Below the pieces are notes generated by a model. It saw only the letters and a program-made list of their open reading frames with translations. It searched no databases and was not told the DNA's origin. The translations under genes and the position numbers were made by a program. A stretch of DNA of 64,000 nucleotides, from the NCBI GenBank assembly GCA_034520945.1, contig JAXHNB010000008.1, positions 1 through 64,000 of the forward strand, given 5' to 3'. Shown here piece by piece: positions 18,761 to 28,671 of this stretch. Numbering within the stretch: the stretch's first letter is position 1; each line of letters opens with the position of its first letter. This DNA comes from Trueperaceae bacterium (lineage in GTDB: Bacteria > Deinococcota > Deinococci > Deinococcales > Trueperaceae).

Positions 18761-20140
18761 ATGCTCGAGGTCATGCAGGTGGTGCGCATCCTGGCGGGGC
18801 CGGTCGTGACGTCGGCGTTGGCGCTGGCGGCGTTCCTCGTGCTGTACGCGAACCCGTCGATCGATCCGTCGTTGGCCGCCCCGGCGTTCCACTTCTGGCT
18901 GGTGTCGGCCACGTCGTTGCTGGCGTTGCTGTTGGCGCTGGCCGTGGCGGTGGCGGGCGGCCGGGCGCGGGACGCCCGCGTGGTGTACCTGGGCGCCGGG
19001 CTGGCGGGCCTGGCCGGCTTCTTCGCCTTGCACGGCCTGTCCACCCCCGGCTTCCTGGTACGGACCGCGGAGGTCGCCGGTCCCGCGGCGCAGCTCTCGG
19101 TCCTGTCGCTGGGCGCATGGATGTTCGCGGGGGCGTACCGGTTGCCGAGGGTAGAGGGGCCGGGCCTCACGCGGTTGCTGGTGGCGTGGACCGCCGTGGT
19201 GCTGGCGGCCATCGGCCTGGGGCTCGCCTGGCCCGGCGCGTTCGGGTACCTGCCGATCGACGAGAGTCCCCTCCGGTGGTTCGTGACCGCGCTGCTGTGG
19301 GTCCTGTTGCTGGCCGCTGGCGCGCGCTTCCTGGAGGGCTACCGCCTGTCGCGCTCGGCCTTGCACCTGGTGATGCTGTACGTGGTCGGTTGGCTGGCGG
19401 TGACGCAGCTCATCATGGTGATGGGCGAGGTGTTCCAGTTGAGTTGGTGGCTGTACCACCTGGTCCTGCTCGTCGCGGTGGGCACCATGCTGATCACGGT
19501 GGCGCGGCAGATGCGGCGCGGCACGTTGCGTGCCGGGCTCGGGGCGCTCCTGAGCGACGACGCGGAACGGCGCTTGGCGTACGGCATGCGGCCCGAGGTC
19601 CGTGCCCTGGTGGTGGCCACGGAAGCGAAGGACCGCTACACCGGCGGGCACATGCAGCGTGTGGCGGCCAATGCCGTCCGCCTGGGGCGGGCGATGGGGC
19701 TGGGTGCCGACGACCTACGCGCGTTGGCGCAGGCCGGCGTGATTCACGACGTCGGCAAGATCGAGATCCCCGACGCGATCCTGAACAAGCCGGGCGCCCT
19801 CAGTGAGGAGGAGTTCACGGTGATCCGGCGCCATCCCGAGGTGGGAGCCCGCATCGGACGCGAGCTCGGCGTGCACGACCGCGAGCTTGGCATCATCCGC
19901 CATCACCATGAACGGTGGGACGGGGCCGGCTATCCCGACGGGCTCGCCGGGGAGGCGATCCCGCGCTTGGCGCGGGTGTTGTCCGTAGCCGACGTGTTCG
20001 ACGCGATGACGTCCGAGCGTTCCTACCGCCGCCCGCTCGAAGAGGGCGAGGCCCTTCGCCACATCGAGGAGGGGTCGGGCAGCGCATTCGATCCCGCCTG
20101 CGTGCGGGCGTGGCTGCGGCTGATGGCGCCGGCCGGCTGA
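18761..20140 (+). CDS. Membrane-bound HD-GYP cyclic-dinucleotide phosphodiesterase
   Basis: Multiple TM helices, then KDRYTGGH, HDVGK, HHERWDGAGYPDGL. Confidence 0.92.
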   Translation: MLEVMQVVRILAGPVVTSALALAAFLVLYANPSIDPSLAAPAFHFWLVSATSLLALLLALAVAVAGGRARDARVVYLGAGLAGLAGFFALHGLSTPGFLVRTAEVAGPAAQLSVLSLGAWMFAGAYRLPRVEGPGLTRLLVAWTAVVLAAIGLGLAWPGAFGYLPIDESPLRWFVTALLWVLLLAAGARFLEGYRLSRSALHLVMLYVVGWLAVTQLIMVMGEVFQLSWWLYHLVLLVAVGTMLITVARQMRRGTLRAGLGALLSDDAERRLAYGMRPEVRALVVATEAKDRYTGGHMQRVAANAVRLGRAMGLGADDLRALAQAGVIHDVGKIEIPDAILNKPGALSEEEFTVIRRHPEVGARIGRELGVHDRELGIIRHHHERWDGAGYPDGLAGEAIPRLARVLSVADVFDAMTSERSYRRPLEEGEALRHIEEGSGSAFDPACVRAWLRLMAPAG

Positions 20141-20153
20141 GCGGGCCGGGCCG

Positions 20154-21359
20154 TTACGAGGCGGCGGCGCCCACGGCGGTGAGCCTCTCCGGCCACAGCG
20201 TCGTGCGCAGGCCTTGGCGGTAGCCGATCACGGGCACGGTCTTGCCGACCTGCACCCCGCGCTCGTCCAGGCGGAAGTCGCCGAACACGGTGGTGGTGTC
20301 CAGGGCGAACAGCGCGTCGCGCACCGCGGCCGGCTCCAGCGTGCCCGCCTGCTCGACGGCGCGTTGGGTCACCTGCGCTGCGGCGTAGCCGGCCGAGGAA
20401 TGATGGTCCAACATGCGCGCGATGGGCTTGCCGGGGTACTCGGGCTCCCACCGAAGCGTGAAGTCGTTCACGAAGCGGCGTGCGCCGGGGTACGGCATGG
20501 AGGGCAACCACAGCCCAAAGCCGTCCATGCCTTCCAGCGCGTCGCGGTGCGGAAGCAAGGCGGGTTCGTCCAGTTCGAACCAGGCGTAGCGCGGGAAGCT
20601 GACCCCTGGCCCGCCGAGGGCGTCCAGCAGCTCGGGGATCTGCTCGCCCAGGTTGCCGCCGGCCAGCACGTCGGGCTCTTCCGCCGCCGCCTGGCGGAGC
20701 GCGCGGTCCACGTCGACCATCCCGCCGTACTCCTGCTCGTACACCGGCGTCAGGCCCCGCGCGCGCACCGCCTCCCGCAGCCCGTCCGCCAGGTCGCGGG
20801 CGTAGTCATTGTTGGCCCACACGATCGCCACCCGTTCCAGTCCCTCGGACGCGAGGTAGTCCACTAGCGGCTCGGTCACGGCGCTGGCCAGCGGCAGCAG
20901 CGGCGCGGCCCAGCGGTGCCCCTGCGTCCACAGGCTCGGTTGCCAGGCCATCGGGAATACGCACGGCATGCGCGCCTCCTCCACCACCTCGATCGTGGCG
21001 CCCGCCAGGCCGCTGCCGTAATTGCCGAGCAGCAATTCGACGCCGTCCTCGTCTAGGAGACGGCGGTAGGAGGCGACGGCCTCTTCGACTTCGTTGGCGT
21101 CGTCGTAGACGATCAACTCCACGGGCCTTCCCAACAGGCCGCCTTCGGCGTTGACCTCGTCCTGCCAAAAGCGGTAGGCGAGGAGTTGGTGCAGGCCATC
21201 CTCCTCGAACAGGCCCGGACCGGACAGGGGAAGCGAGGCGCCGACCCGTAACGGGGCGCCCGCGTGCTGGGCCGCGAATGTCAGGCGTCCGCCCAGCACG
21301 GCGGCCGCGCCGACGCCGAGGGCGCGTTTGAGGAACGAACGACGATGAAGGGTTGGCAT
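20154..21359 (-). CDS. Tat-exported LivJ-like substrate-binding protein
   Basis: RRSFLK Tat signal; VNAEGGLLGRPVELIVYDD; TVFGDFRLD. Confidence 0.88.
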   Translation of the reverse strand: MPTLHRRSFLKRALGVGAAAVLGGRLTFAAQHAGAPLRVGASLPLSGPGLFEEDGLHQLLAYRFWQDEVNAEGGLLGRPVELIVYDDANEVEEAVASYRRLLDEDGVELLLGNYGSGLAGATIEVVEEARMPCVFPMAWQPSLWTQGHRWAAPLLPLASAVTEPLVDYLASEGLERVAIVWANNDYARDLADGLREAVRARGLTPVYEQEYGGMVDVDRALRQAAAEEPDVLAGGNLGEQIPELLDALGGPGVSFPRYAWFELDEPALLPHRDALEGMDGFGLWLPSMPYPGARRFVNDFTLRWEPEYPGKPIARMLDHHSSAGYAAAQVTQRAVEQAGTLEPAAVRDALFALDTTTVFGDFRLDERGVQVGKTVPVIGYRQGLRTTLWPERLTAVGAAAS

Positions 21360-21374
21360 GGGGTCGACCTCCCG

Positions 21375-22691
21375 TCAGGCTCGCGGTGCGTGCGACTCGG
21401 TACGGATCGATGAGGCCTCGGTGTGCTCGCGGGGCGGACCCGCGGCGTGAAGGCGGCCCGTGCGGTAGCGGTCCGGCGCGACCACCACGGGGGTCCCTGC
21501 TTGCCATTGCAGGACGGCGTTGGTTTTGCCGACCTGCCGGCCGTGATCGTCCACGCGGTAGCGGCCGAAAACCGTCTCGGTCTCCAGGGCGAACAGGGCG
21601 TCGCGGACGCGGGCCCGCTCGGCGGTCCGGCCGCGCTCCGGGTCGGGGTGGGTGGGGGGCGCGTCCACGCTGTCGCCGCTTTCGACGGCGCGCCCGTAGA
21701 GTTGCATGGCGGCGTACGCCTGGGCTGCGTGCGTGTCGGGCGCTTCGCCCCAACGGTGCTGGTAGGCGCGGAGGAAGCGGTCGGTGCCGGGCGTGGGAAG
21801 GTAGGGCCGCCAGCCGGTGGTGCCTAGCACGCCCTCAGCGCCTGCGCCCACCTGCCGTGCGAAGGCTGGATCGGCCGCGCCGATCGCCAAGCTCGTGAGC
21901 CGCGGCCGCACGCCTGCCACCTCGAGGGCGTCGGCCAGCAGCAGGGCGTCGTCCAGAAAGCCGGAGCCCTGGCCGCCGGGGCGGAACCCCGTTCCGACGA
22001 TCATGTCGCCGGGCAGGCCGACGACGGCGCGTCGCGCGTCGCGTTCGCGGCCGAAGGATTCGCGTGCCGCGACGTTCATGCCCAGCTGGGTGGCGTGGTC
22101 GGCCGCGCCGTCGATCACGGCGCGCGAGAACGGATCGTCGCGGTGCAGGAAGGAGACGCCTCGCACGCCGGCCCGTTCGGCCAGCGCCAGGGTGGAATGC
22201 AAGGTGGTGCCGACCGGGTTCAGCACCTGCACGGTCCAGCGCAGGCCGCCCGCCCACAACCCCTTGTCGCCGGCGGTGGGGGCGAGGCAGGGAACGCCGA
22301 CCTGCTCCGCCGCCGGGATGGCGTCGCGGGTGAGGGCGCTGCCGTAGGGGGCGAGCAGGACGTCCGCCTCGTGCGCCAGGGAGGGGTAGCGGCGACGCAC
22401 CACCTCCGCGTCGCTGCCGTCGTCCTCCAAGCGCAAGAGCACCGGGCGTCCGCCCACGCCACCCGCGGCGTTGCGACGCTCCGCCCACAGGCGCAAAGCG
22501 CGTTCGGCGGGGCGCCCGAACGCCGCGTAGCGTCCGGTGCGTGAGACGGTGCCCGCCACCACGCGCGGACGGGCCCGAGCGCCACCCAGCCCTCGGAACA
22601 CGGCGTCGGGCGCGGCCCAGGACGTCCCGACCCCCGTGGTCCACCAGGCGGCGCCCGCCAGTGTGGTGCGCAAGAAGGTGCGGCGATTCAC
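21375..22691 (-). CDS. Tat-exported LivJ-like substrate-binding protein
   Basis: RRTFL Tat signal; NAAGGVGGRPV..EDDGS; TVFGRYRVD. Confidence 0.85.
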   Translation of the reverse strand: MNRRTFLRTTLAGAAWWTTGVGTSWAAPDAVFRGLGGARARPRVVAGTVSRTGRYAAFGRPAERALRLWAERRNAAGGVGGRPVLLRLEDDGSDAEVVRRRYPSLAHEADVLLAPYGSALTRDAIPAAEQVGVPCLAPTAGDKGLWAGGLRWTVQVLNPVGTTLHSTLALAERAGVRGVSFLHRDDPFSRAVIDGAADHATQLGMNVAARESFGRERDARRAVVGLPGDMIVGTGFRPGGQGSGFLDDALLLADALEVAGVRPRLTSLAIGAADPAFARQVGAGAEGVLGTTGWRPYLPTPGTDRFLRAYQHRWGEAPDTHAAQAYAAMQLYGRAVESGDSVDAPPTHPDPERGRTAERARVRDALFALETETVFGRYRVDDHGRQVGKTNAVLQWQAGTPVVVAPDRYRTGRLHAAGPPREHTEASSIRTESHAPRA

Positions 22692-22758
22692 GACGTCGCT
22701 GCCGCGACCCGCCCTTTAGGCGGCCGCGCCGGTCGCGAGGCGGGCGAGGTCCATCGCG

Positions 22759-23418
22759 CTAGTAGTAGCCACCGCCGCCGTCCTCGTTTTCATCGTCATC
22801 TTCGCCTTCTCTCTCGCCGGCGCCTTCGTCCTCGCCGCCGGCATCGTCCGCGGGCAGGCTGGCTTCGATGGGCGTGCCGTTCGGGGCCACGGCGTACCAG
22901 GTGCCCCCGAACGCCTGGCGGTCGGGCGGTGCGATGCCCTGCCCCAGCGCGTCGCCGGCTTCGGCGTCGCCGGCGAAGCGGTAGAGCGGCCAACCGTTGT
23001 ACACCGCCTGCCGCGCCATCCCCTCGCCCGCGGCGTACAGCAGATCCTCTTCTACGCCGGGGCCTGCGCGGGGATCGTCGCCGCTGCGGAGTTGCGGCCA
23101 CGCGGAGGTGCAGCTCGTGTCGCAGCGTGGTGAGGCGTCGCGGACGCCCTCGCGGACGGTTTCGGTCTCGTCGTCCAGCAGATCGGTGTCCGCGAACAGG
23201 TACAGGGTGCGGCCGTCCCCGTCCACCAGGTGTTCGCCCAGGGCAGAATGCTCGGCCACCTCGACGCGGGCGGTGGGGGCGTCCTGCGCCACGGCGTGGC
23301 CGGCGATGCCCAGCGCGAACGCCAGGGCGGGCACGGCAAGAAGCGCTGCGGCGAAGCGCACGGCCTTGCCACCCAGCGCAGAACGGACGGTCGTAGCGGT
23401 TCGATTCGAACCTGGCAT
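22759..23418 (-). CDS. Secreted COG4315/Lipoprotein_15 repeat protein
   Basis: LVDGDGRTLYLF, C..AWP, QAVYNGWPLYRFAGD, GGTWY. Confidence 0.85.
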   Translation of the reverse strand: MPGSNRTATTVRSALGGKAVRFAAALLAVPALAFALGIAGHAVAQDAPTARVEVAEHSALGEHLVDGDGRTLYLFADTDLLDDETETVREGVRDASPRCDTSCTSAWPQLRSGDDPRAGPGVEEDLLYAAGEGMARQAVYNGWPLYRFAGDAEAGDALGQGIAPPDRQAFGGTWYAVAPNGTPIEASLPADDAGGEDEGAGEREGEDDDENEDGGGGYY

Positions 23419-23765
23419 GGGGGCCTCCTCTCTCTCCGCGGCCACCGCGCTTCGGTGGCCACCTTGCTGAAGCCTTCGAGACGACCATGCACCTTGGTAC
23501 TTACCGAATGCAAGTGATGGGGCAACGTGGTGCGGCCGTTACCCCGCCCTTCGAGCGCCGCGGAGCCGACGCCGGGGCCATGGCTTGGCACGTACCGGCG
23601 GCGCCAGCCCCGACACGTTCGCGTCGCCGTTGCGATAACGTCGGCCATGCCTCGTTCCTTCCTCGTTTCCGTCCATGACCCCATGCACCATCCGCCAGGG
23701 GCTGCCGTGCCGGGACCGGGACGGAATCCCACCGGCCCGGTGCGGCCTCGCGGGGTGTTTCCAAG

Positions 23766-24470
23766 ATGAAGGCCGCCAAGATCCGTGGCTACCTGATCCA
23801 CCTGTACACCGCCTCCACCCTGCTGTTCGTGGTGCTGGCGGTGCAGTGGATCCTGGACGAGCGCTACGCCTGGGCGCTGGTCGCGATGGCCGTCACCTTG
23901 GTGATCGACGCCACCGACGGCGCGCTGGCCCGCAAGTTTCGGATCGCCGTCGTTGCGCGGCGCATCGACGGCGTGCTGCTGGACAACGTGGTGGACTTCA
24001 CGTCGTACGTGTTCCTCCCCCTGTTGTTCATGATGCACGTGGGCCTTCTGGTGGAGCCCGTCACCGCCTTCGCGACGCTCATCGCGTTCAGTTCCGCGTA
24101 CGGGTTCTCGCGCACCAGCTCCAAGATGGCGGACGAGGGGTTCTTCGTCGGGTTTCCCTCGTACTGGAACGTGGTGGTGTTCTACCTGTTCCTGTTCGAC
24201 CTTCCCGCGTGGTTCAACACCGCCCTGATCGTGGCGTTGGCGTTGCTGGCGTTCACGGGCGTGCGGTTCTTGTACGTGAGCCGCTTGAAGCGGAGCCGAA
24301 CGCTTCACCTGGTGCTCGGCACCGTGTGGGGCGTGGCCTGCATGGTGGCGTTGTTCCTCGAGCCCGGCGCGGGACGCTTCGCCCTGGCGTACGGCTCGTT
24401 GGCGTACGTGGCGTTCTACACGGTGCACTCGGTGCTGTTGGACCTGGAGGGGCGGCGGGCGGCGCGGTGA
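23766..24470 (+). CDS. CDP-alcohol phosphatidyltransferase, phosphatidylcholine-synthase-like
   Basis: DATDGALAR-x12-G-x3-D-x3-D, HLYTAS, FVGFPSYWNVVVFYL. Confidence 0.8.
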   Translation: MKAAKIRGYLIHLYTASTLLFVVLAVQWILDERYAWALVAMAVTLVIDATDGALARKFRIAVVARRIDGVLLDNVVDFTSYVFLPLLFMMHVGLLVEPVTAFATLIAFSSAYGFSRTSSKMADEGFFVGFPSYWNVVVFYLFLFDLPAWFNTALIVALALLAFTGVRFLYVSRLKRSRTLHLVLGTVWGVACMVALFLEPGAGRFALAYGSLAYVAFYTVHSVLLDLEGRRAAR

Positions 24471-24862
24471 TGGGTACACGGACGGCTCGCGTCGACGGTC
24501 GCGCGGCGACCTGGCGGCGCATCCTCGTCGGCATGGTCTTGGGTGCGGCCCTCGTCGCGCTGGTGGCGGCGTGCGCACCGTACCTCGAGGCGGAGGTGCG
24601 GACCGAGGCGGGCGTTCGCGTCACGGCGGCGTCGTCCAGCGGCTACGAGGTCGTGCGTGTTCCCGAGGCGCGGCCGCGGCAGGGGATTCAGGTACGGCGT
24701 GCACAGGGACGGCCGGTCCACATTCCGCCCGGCCACTACCCGCCGTCCGGAGCGTGCCGGATCTGGCGGCCCGGCGTGCCGCCCGGCCGACAGGCGCCGT
24801 CCGGCCCGTGTTCCGAACTGGAGCGTCAGGTGCCGCCCGGCGCGTACCTGGTGATCGGGTGA
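24470..24862 (+). CDS. Hypothetical lipoprotein
   Basis: VAAC lipobox; IPPGHYPPSGACRIWRPG.PPG motif; TGATG overlap. Confidence 0.7.
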   Translation: MGTRTARVDGRAATWRRILVGMVLGAALVALVAACAPYLEAEVRTEAGVRVTAASSSGYEVVRVPEARPRQGIQVRRAQGRPVHIPPGHYPPSGACRIWRPGVPPGRQAPSGPCSELERQVPPGAYLVIG

Positions 24863-25380
24863 TGGCCGACGCACCACCCACGGGCACGCTGGACCACCTG
24901 CAACGATCGGCACGCTACAACGCGCGCGTGAATGCACGCCTGTACGACGCCTGCGCCGAGGTGCCCGACGATGTTTTGACGCAGCCGACGGACGCGGCTC
25001 TGGGAAGCATCCTGGCGATCCTGGAGCACGTTCTGGCCGCGGACCGCGTTTGGATGGCCCGCCTGCGCGGAACCGAGGCGGACGCCACGGGGCTTCACCT
25101 ACCCACCTACACCCAGCTGGCACCGCTGCGCGAGGCGCGTGACGCCATGGACACCGAGATCGAATCGTACTTCGCGGACCTCGACGCGTCGTTCCTCGTG
25201 GCGGTGGTGCGCTCGGTCGATAGCCAAGGCCGCACGATGGAGGATCCGGCCCCGTTGGCCGCGGCGCACATGTTCAACCACCAGACGCACCATCGCGGGC
25301 AGGTGCACGTCCTGCTGCGCCGGCACCGGCCCGAGCCGCTGCCGCTGGACATGCACCGGATCCTCAACCCGCGTTCGTAG
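24862..25380 (+). CDS. DinB family protein
   Basis: GSILAILEH and HMFNHQTHHRGQ. Confidence 0.9.
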   Translation: MADAPPTGTLDHLQRSARYNARVNARLYDACAEVPDDVLTQPTDAALGSILAILEHVLAADRVWMARLRGTEADATGLHLPTYTQLAPLREARDAMDTEIESYFADLDASFLVAVVRSVDSQGRTMEDPAPLAAAHMFNHQTHHRGQVHVLLRRHRPEPLPLDMHRILNPRS

Positions 25381-25458
25381 GTTTGGCCGAACCCACGAGG
25401 TCGTGGGGCCCGCCACGCGCGTTCCGGTTCGGACGTCGGCGCGGCGGAGGGGCCTACG

Positions 25459-25893
25459 TCAGAGGCGGTTGCGAAGCAGCGATGCGGCGCCACGTACCAG
25501 GCCCCCGAGCAGGGCGGCCACGACGGGTTGCGCCACCGTGCCGGGCAGCCAGATGCGGAGCGCGTACCCCAGCTCGCTGTAGGCGTGCCGTTGCCCCAGG
25601 ATGCCGGGGCTGATTGCGTCGATCAGTAGCAGCGTCGTCCACGGCGCGACCGCCAGCCAGATCACCAGCAGCGCGACCCAGATCCCGACGCGGCCCCGCA
25701 GCGCCCACCACAGGATCGGCGCTGTCAGTACGAACCCCGGCAGGCTCATCGTCAGGCCGGCCAGGAAGAGCTGCGCGGCGGTGATGTGGACGAAGTCGCC
25801 CGCGAGGGCCAGGCCGCCACCCACGAACGCGACGACGAGCACCCGCGTGCACGTCGCGCGCCTTGCCGGTCGTCCCATGCCTGCGCTCGCCAT
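25459..25893 (-). CDS. Hypothetical membrane protein
   Basis: About 4 hydrophobic segments; start uncertain. Confidence 0.5.
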   Translation of the reverse strand: MASAGMGRPARRATCTRVLVVAFVGGGLALAGDFVHITAAQLFLAGLTMSLPGFVLTAPILWWALRGRVGIWVALLVIWLAVAPWTTLLLIDAISPGILGQRHAYSELGYALRIWLPGTVAQPVVAALLGGLVRGAASLLRNRL

Positions 25894-26145
25894 CGTGTCG
25901 ACCCTACCCGGCGGAAGGCCGGGGGATCGTGGACGCGACCGGCTCACGAGCCTCGTACCGCTGGCCTCCCAGGCCGGGTAAGCGTTTCGTTGGCGGCGTG
26001 CTCGTAGTGTACTTTCACGAGCACGAGCGCTGGACGCTCGCGCATGTGACACGCTCTCGGTAGCCTCGCAGCGTGAGGCGGACCCGCGCACCCTCCACCC
26101 CCGGAGAACGCCTCGAAGCGGGGGTACGAAACGAGGAAGGAAGCA

Positions 26146-27813
26146 ATGCCTCTGAACTGGTTCGCCACCATCGTCGTCTGGGTCGCCTACGCGTTCGCGT
26201 TCGCCCCGCTGCACGAACTGACCGGCGGCAGCGGAGGGGAGGCGGTGTTGGTGCTGGTGCCGGTCGCCCTCACGGGGTGGGTCGGCGGGTTCGGGGCGGG
26301 GCTGACCGCCGCGCTGGTCGCCACGGCACTCAACGCCTACCTGTTCGGGTCGGTCGAATGGTCGGATGCGACCAACGGGTGGGAGGTCATGGTGCCGACC
26401 GTCGCGGTGTTCTTCGTGGGCGGCTTGACCGGGTACGCGCACGACCTGAAGCGCCGTTTGCAGGTCCGCGAGCGTGAGTCGAACGTTCGTGCCCGGCGCG
26501 ACGGTTTGACCGGGGCGCTGAACCGACGCGCGCTGGTCGAGGAGGTCGAGGACGTACTGAGCGACGCAGGCCGGCGGGCGGGCGTGTTCTTCGTCGACCT
26601 GGACGGGTTCAAGGCGATCAACGACACCTTCGGGCATGCCGTCGGGGACGACGTGCTGAGGATCGTCGTCGACCGGTTCCGCACCGTGCTCCGGCGCAGC
26701 GATCTGATCGCGCGGGTCGGGGGGGACGAGTTCGTCCTTGTGCTGCCGGACCTGCCGGACACGGCCCACGCTGCGCACTTGGCGGACCAGTTGGTGACGT
26801 CGTTGCAGGCCCCCTACGAGGTCGACGGCACGCAGGTGCGGGTGACGGCCAGCATCGGCGTGGCCATGAGCCCCGAAGACGGTCGCGACCTGGAAGACCT
26901 GATGCGGGCGGCAGACGCCGCGCTGTACCGCGTCAAGCACGAAGGTCGGAACGGCTTTCGCCTGGCGGAGTCGCACCAGGACGATCTGCCCGGGGACGCC
27001 GAGACGCTTCGGGTCGAGCTTCGCCAGGCGCTGGACGCAGGGGAACTGGAGCTGCACTTCCAACCGCAGGTCTCGCTGTCCAGCGGTCGGACCGGCGCGT
27101 TCGAAGCCCTGTTGCGATGGCGCCACCCGCGGCGCGGCCTGCTGCCACCCAGCGCGTTCCTTCCGGTGGCGGAGGCGATGCGCATGATCGTGCCGATCGG
27201 AACCTGGGCGCTCGAGGGGGCGTGCCGCCAGGCGGTCGCGTGGCGTAGCGGCGGCGACACGCGCCTCCGCGTCGCCGTGAACGTCTCGGGGACGCAGTTC
27301 TTCGATCCTGATTTCGTGGACACGGTTCGCCGGGCGCTGCGCGCGTCGGGCCTGCCCCCGCACGCCCTGGAGCTGGAGGTCACGGAGGCGACGCTGATCC
27401 GTGACGTCGACCGTGCCATCGGGATCCTGCGGGACCTGCGACGCCTGGGCGTGGCCTTGGCGCTGGACGACTTCGGGACGGGCGTCTCGTCCCTGAACTA
27501 CCTACGGCGATTGCCCATCGATGCGCTCAAGCTCGACCGGTCCTGTGTCGCGGCGCTGACCGAAGGGACGGAGGGCGGCGTGACGATGGCCGTCGCGCAG
27601 CACGTGGTCGACCTGGCGCACACGCTCGGCCTTCGGGTGGTCGCGGAGGGGGTCGAGACGGGGGCCGAGCTGGCCGCCGTGCGGGCCGTGCGCTGCGATT
27701 ACGCACACGGCGACCTGTTCGCCCCGCCGCGGGGCGCGGCGGAGGTCGCGCGTCTCCTGTCCAGCACCGGACCGTACGACCTGCAGCGCATGGGGGCCGC
27801 CGACGAGCCGTGA
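26146..27813 (+). CDS. Membrane GGDEF-EAL diguanylate cyclase/phosphodiesterase
   Basis: TM N-terminus, DGFKAINDTFGH, GGDEF, EALLRW, DDFGTG. Confidence 0.95.
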   Translation: MPLNWFATIVVWVAYAFAFAPLHELTGGSGGEAVLVLVPVALTGWVGGFGAGLTAALVATALNAYLFGSVEWSDATNGWEVMVPTVAVFFVGGLTGYAHDLKRRLQVRERESNVRARRDGLTGALNRRALVEEVEDVLSDAGRRAGVFFVDLDGFKAINDTFGHAVGDDVLRIVVDRFRTVLRRSDLIARVGGDEFVLVLPDLPDTAHAAHLADQLVTSLQAPYEVDGTQVRVTASIGVAMSPEDGRDLEDLMRAADAALYRVKHEGRNGFRLAESHQDDLPGDAETLRVELRQALDAGELELHFQPQVSLSSGRTGAFEALLRWRHPRRGLLPPSAFLPVAEAMRMIVPIGTWALEGACRQAVAWRSGGDTRLRVAVNVSGTQFFDPDFVDTVRRALRASGLPPHALELEVTEATLIRDVDRAIGILRDLRRLGVALALDDFGTGVSSLNYLRRLPIDALKLDRSCVAALTEGTEGGVTMAVAQHVVDLAHTLGLRVVAEGVETGAELAAVRAVRCDYAHGDLFAPPRGAAEVARLLSSTGPYDLQRMGAADEP

Positions 27814-27834
27814 CCCTGGCCCAGGCCGTCCTGC

Positions 27835-28671
27835 TCAGGCGCCCTCACGGGCCACCAGATCGCCGAGCAACGCCCGCACGCCGCGCACGTCCGCGGCGGC
27901 GTGGTCCGGTACCGGCGGCGTGCGGTGGGCCGAGCCGTGATTCGTGCCTACGTGGACGGTGATCATGCCCGCCGCCGCTCCGCCGGCGATGTCGGCGTCC
28001 AACGTGTCGCCCACGATGGCCGCGTCCGCGGCGTCGACGCCGAAGCGCCGCAGGGCGGCGCGGAAGAACGACCGCGAGGGTTTGCCGACCACCTCGGCCC
28101 GGATCCCGGCGGCGGTCTCGAGCGACGCGGCCAGGGCGCCCGCGCCGGGTTCGATGCGTCCCCCGTCGGCGGGCACGCGCGCGTCGACGTTCAGGGCCAA
28201 CAGCGGCGCCCCGCGCAACAGCGGCTGCAGCGCGTCCGACAGGGTGCCGTAGTCGAAGGCCCGGTCGCGGGCCAGCACGACCAGCTCGGCTTCGTTCGGA
28301 TCATGCGTCACCTTCGTGGCTTCGGCGACGGCGGCGCGCACGGCGGCGTTGCCGACGACCAGGGTGCGCGGCCGTCCGGCCAGCAGCGGGTGGTCGGCCA
28401 GCAGGTCGAGGGGCACGATCACCTCCTCGGGGCTGGCGGTGAACCCGAGGCGGCGCAGTTTGGCGGTCACGTCGGCCGCGCGGGTGCTGCTGACGTTGCT
28501 GACGAAGCCGACGCGCCGTCCGGACGCGCGGACGTCTTCCAGAAGTTCGGCCGCGCCGTCGGCGGCCGTGTCGCCGAACCACAGGCAGCCGTCCAGGTCG
28601 AAGAGGATCGCCTTCGTACGGGCCAGCGGGGCGTGGGTGGCCGGCGCTGGCGTCGAGGCGTCGTCGCTCAC
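27835..28671 (-). CDS. HAD-IIA (NagD-like) phosphatase
   Basis: DLDG, SN, GKPS, VGDTLDADI; overlaps the phnE stop. Confidence 0.9.
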   Translation of the reverse strand: MSDDASTPAPATHAPLARTKAILFDLDGCLWFGDTAADGAAELLEDVRASGRRVGFVSNVSSTRAADVTAKLRRLGFTASPEEVIVPLDLLADHPLLAGRPRTLVVGNAAVRAAVAEATKVTHDPNEAELVVLARDRAFDYGTLSDALQPLLRGAPLLALNVDARVPADGGRIEPGAGALAASLETAAGIRAEVVGKPSRSFFRAALRRFGVDAADAAIVGDTLDADIAGGAAAGMITVHVGTNHGSAHRTPPVPDHAAADVRGVRALLGDLVAREGA

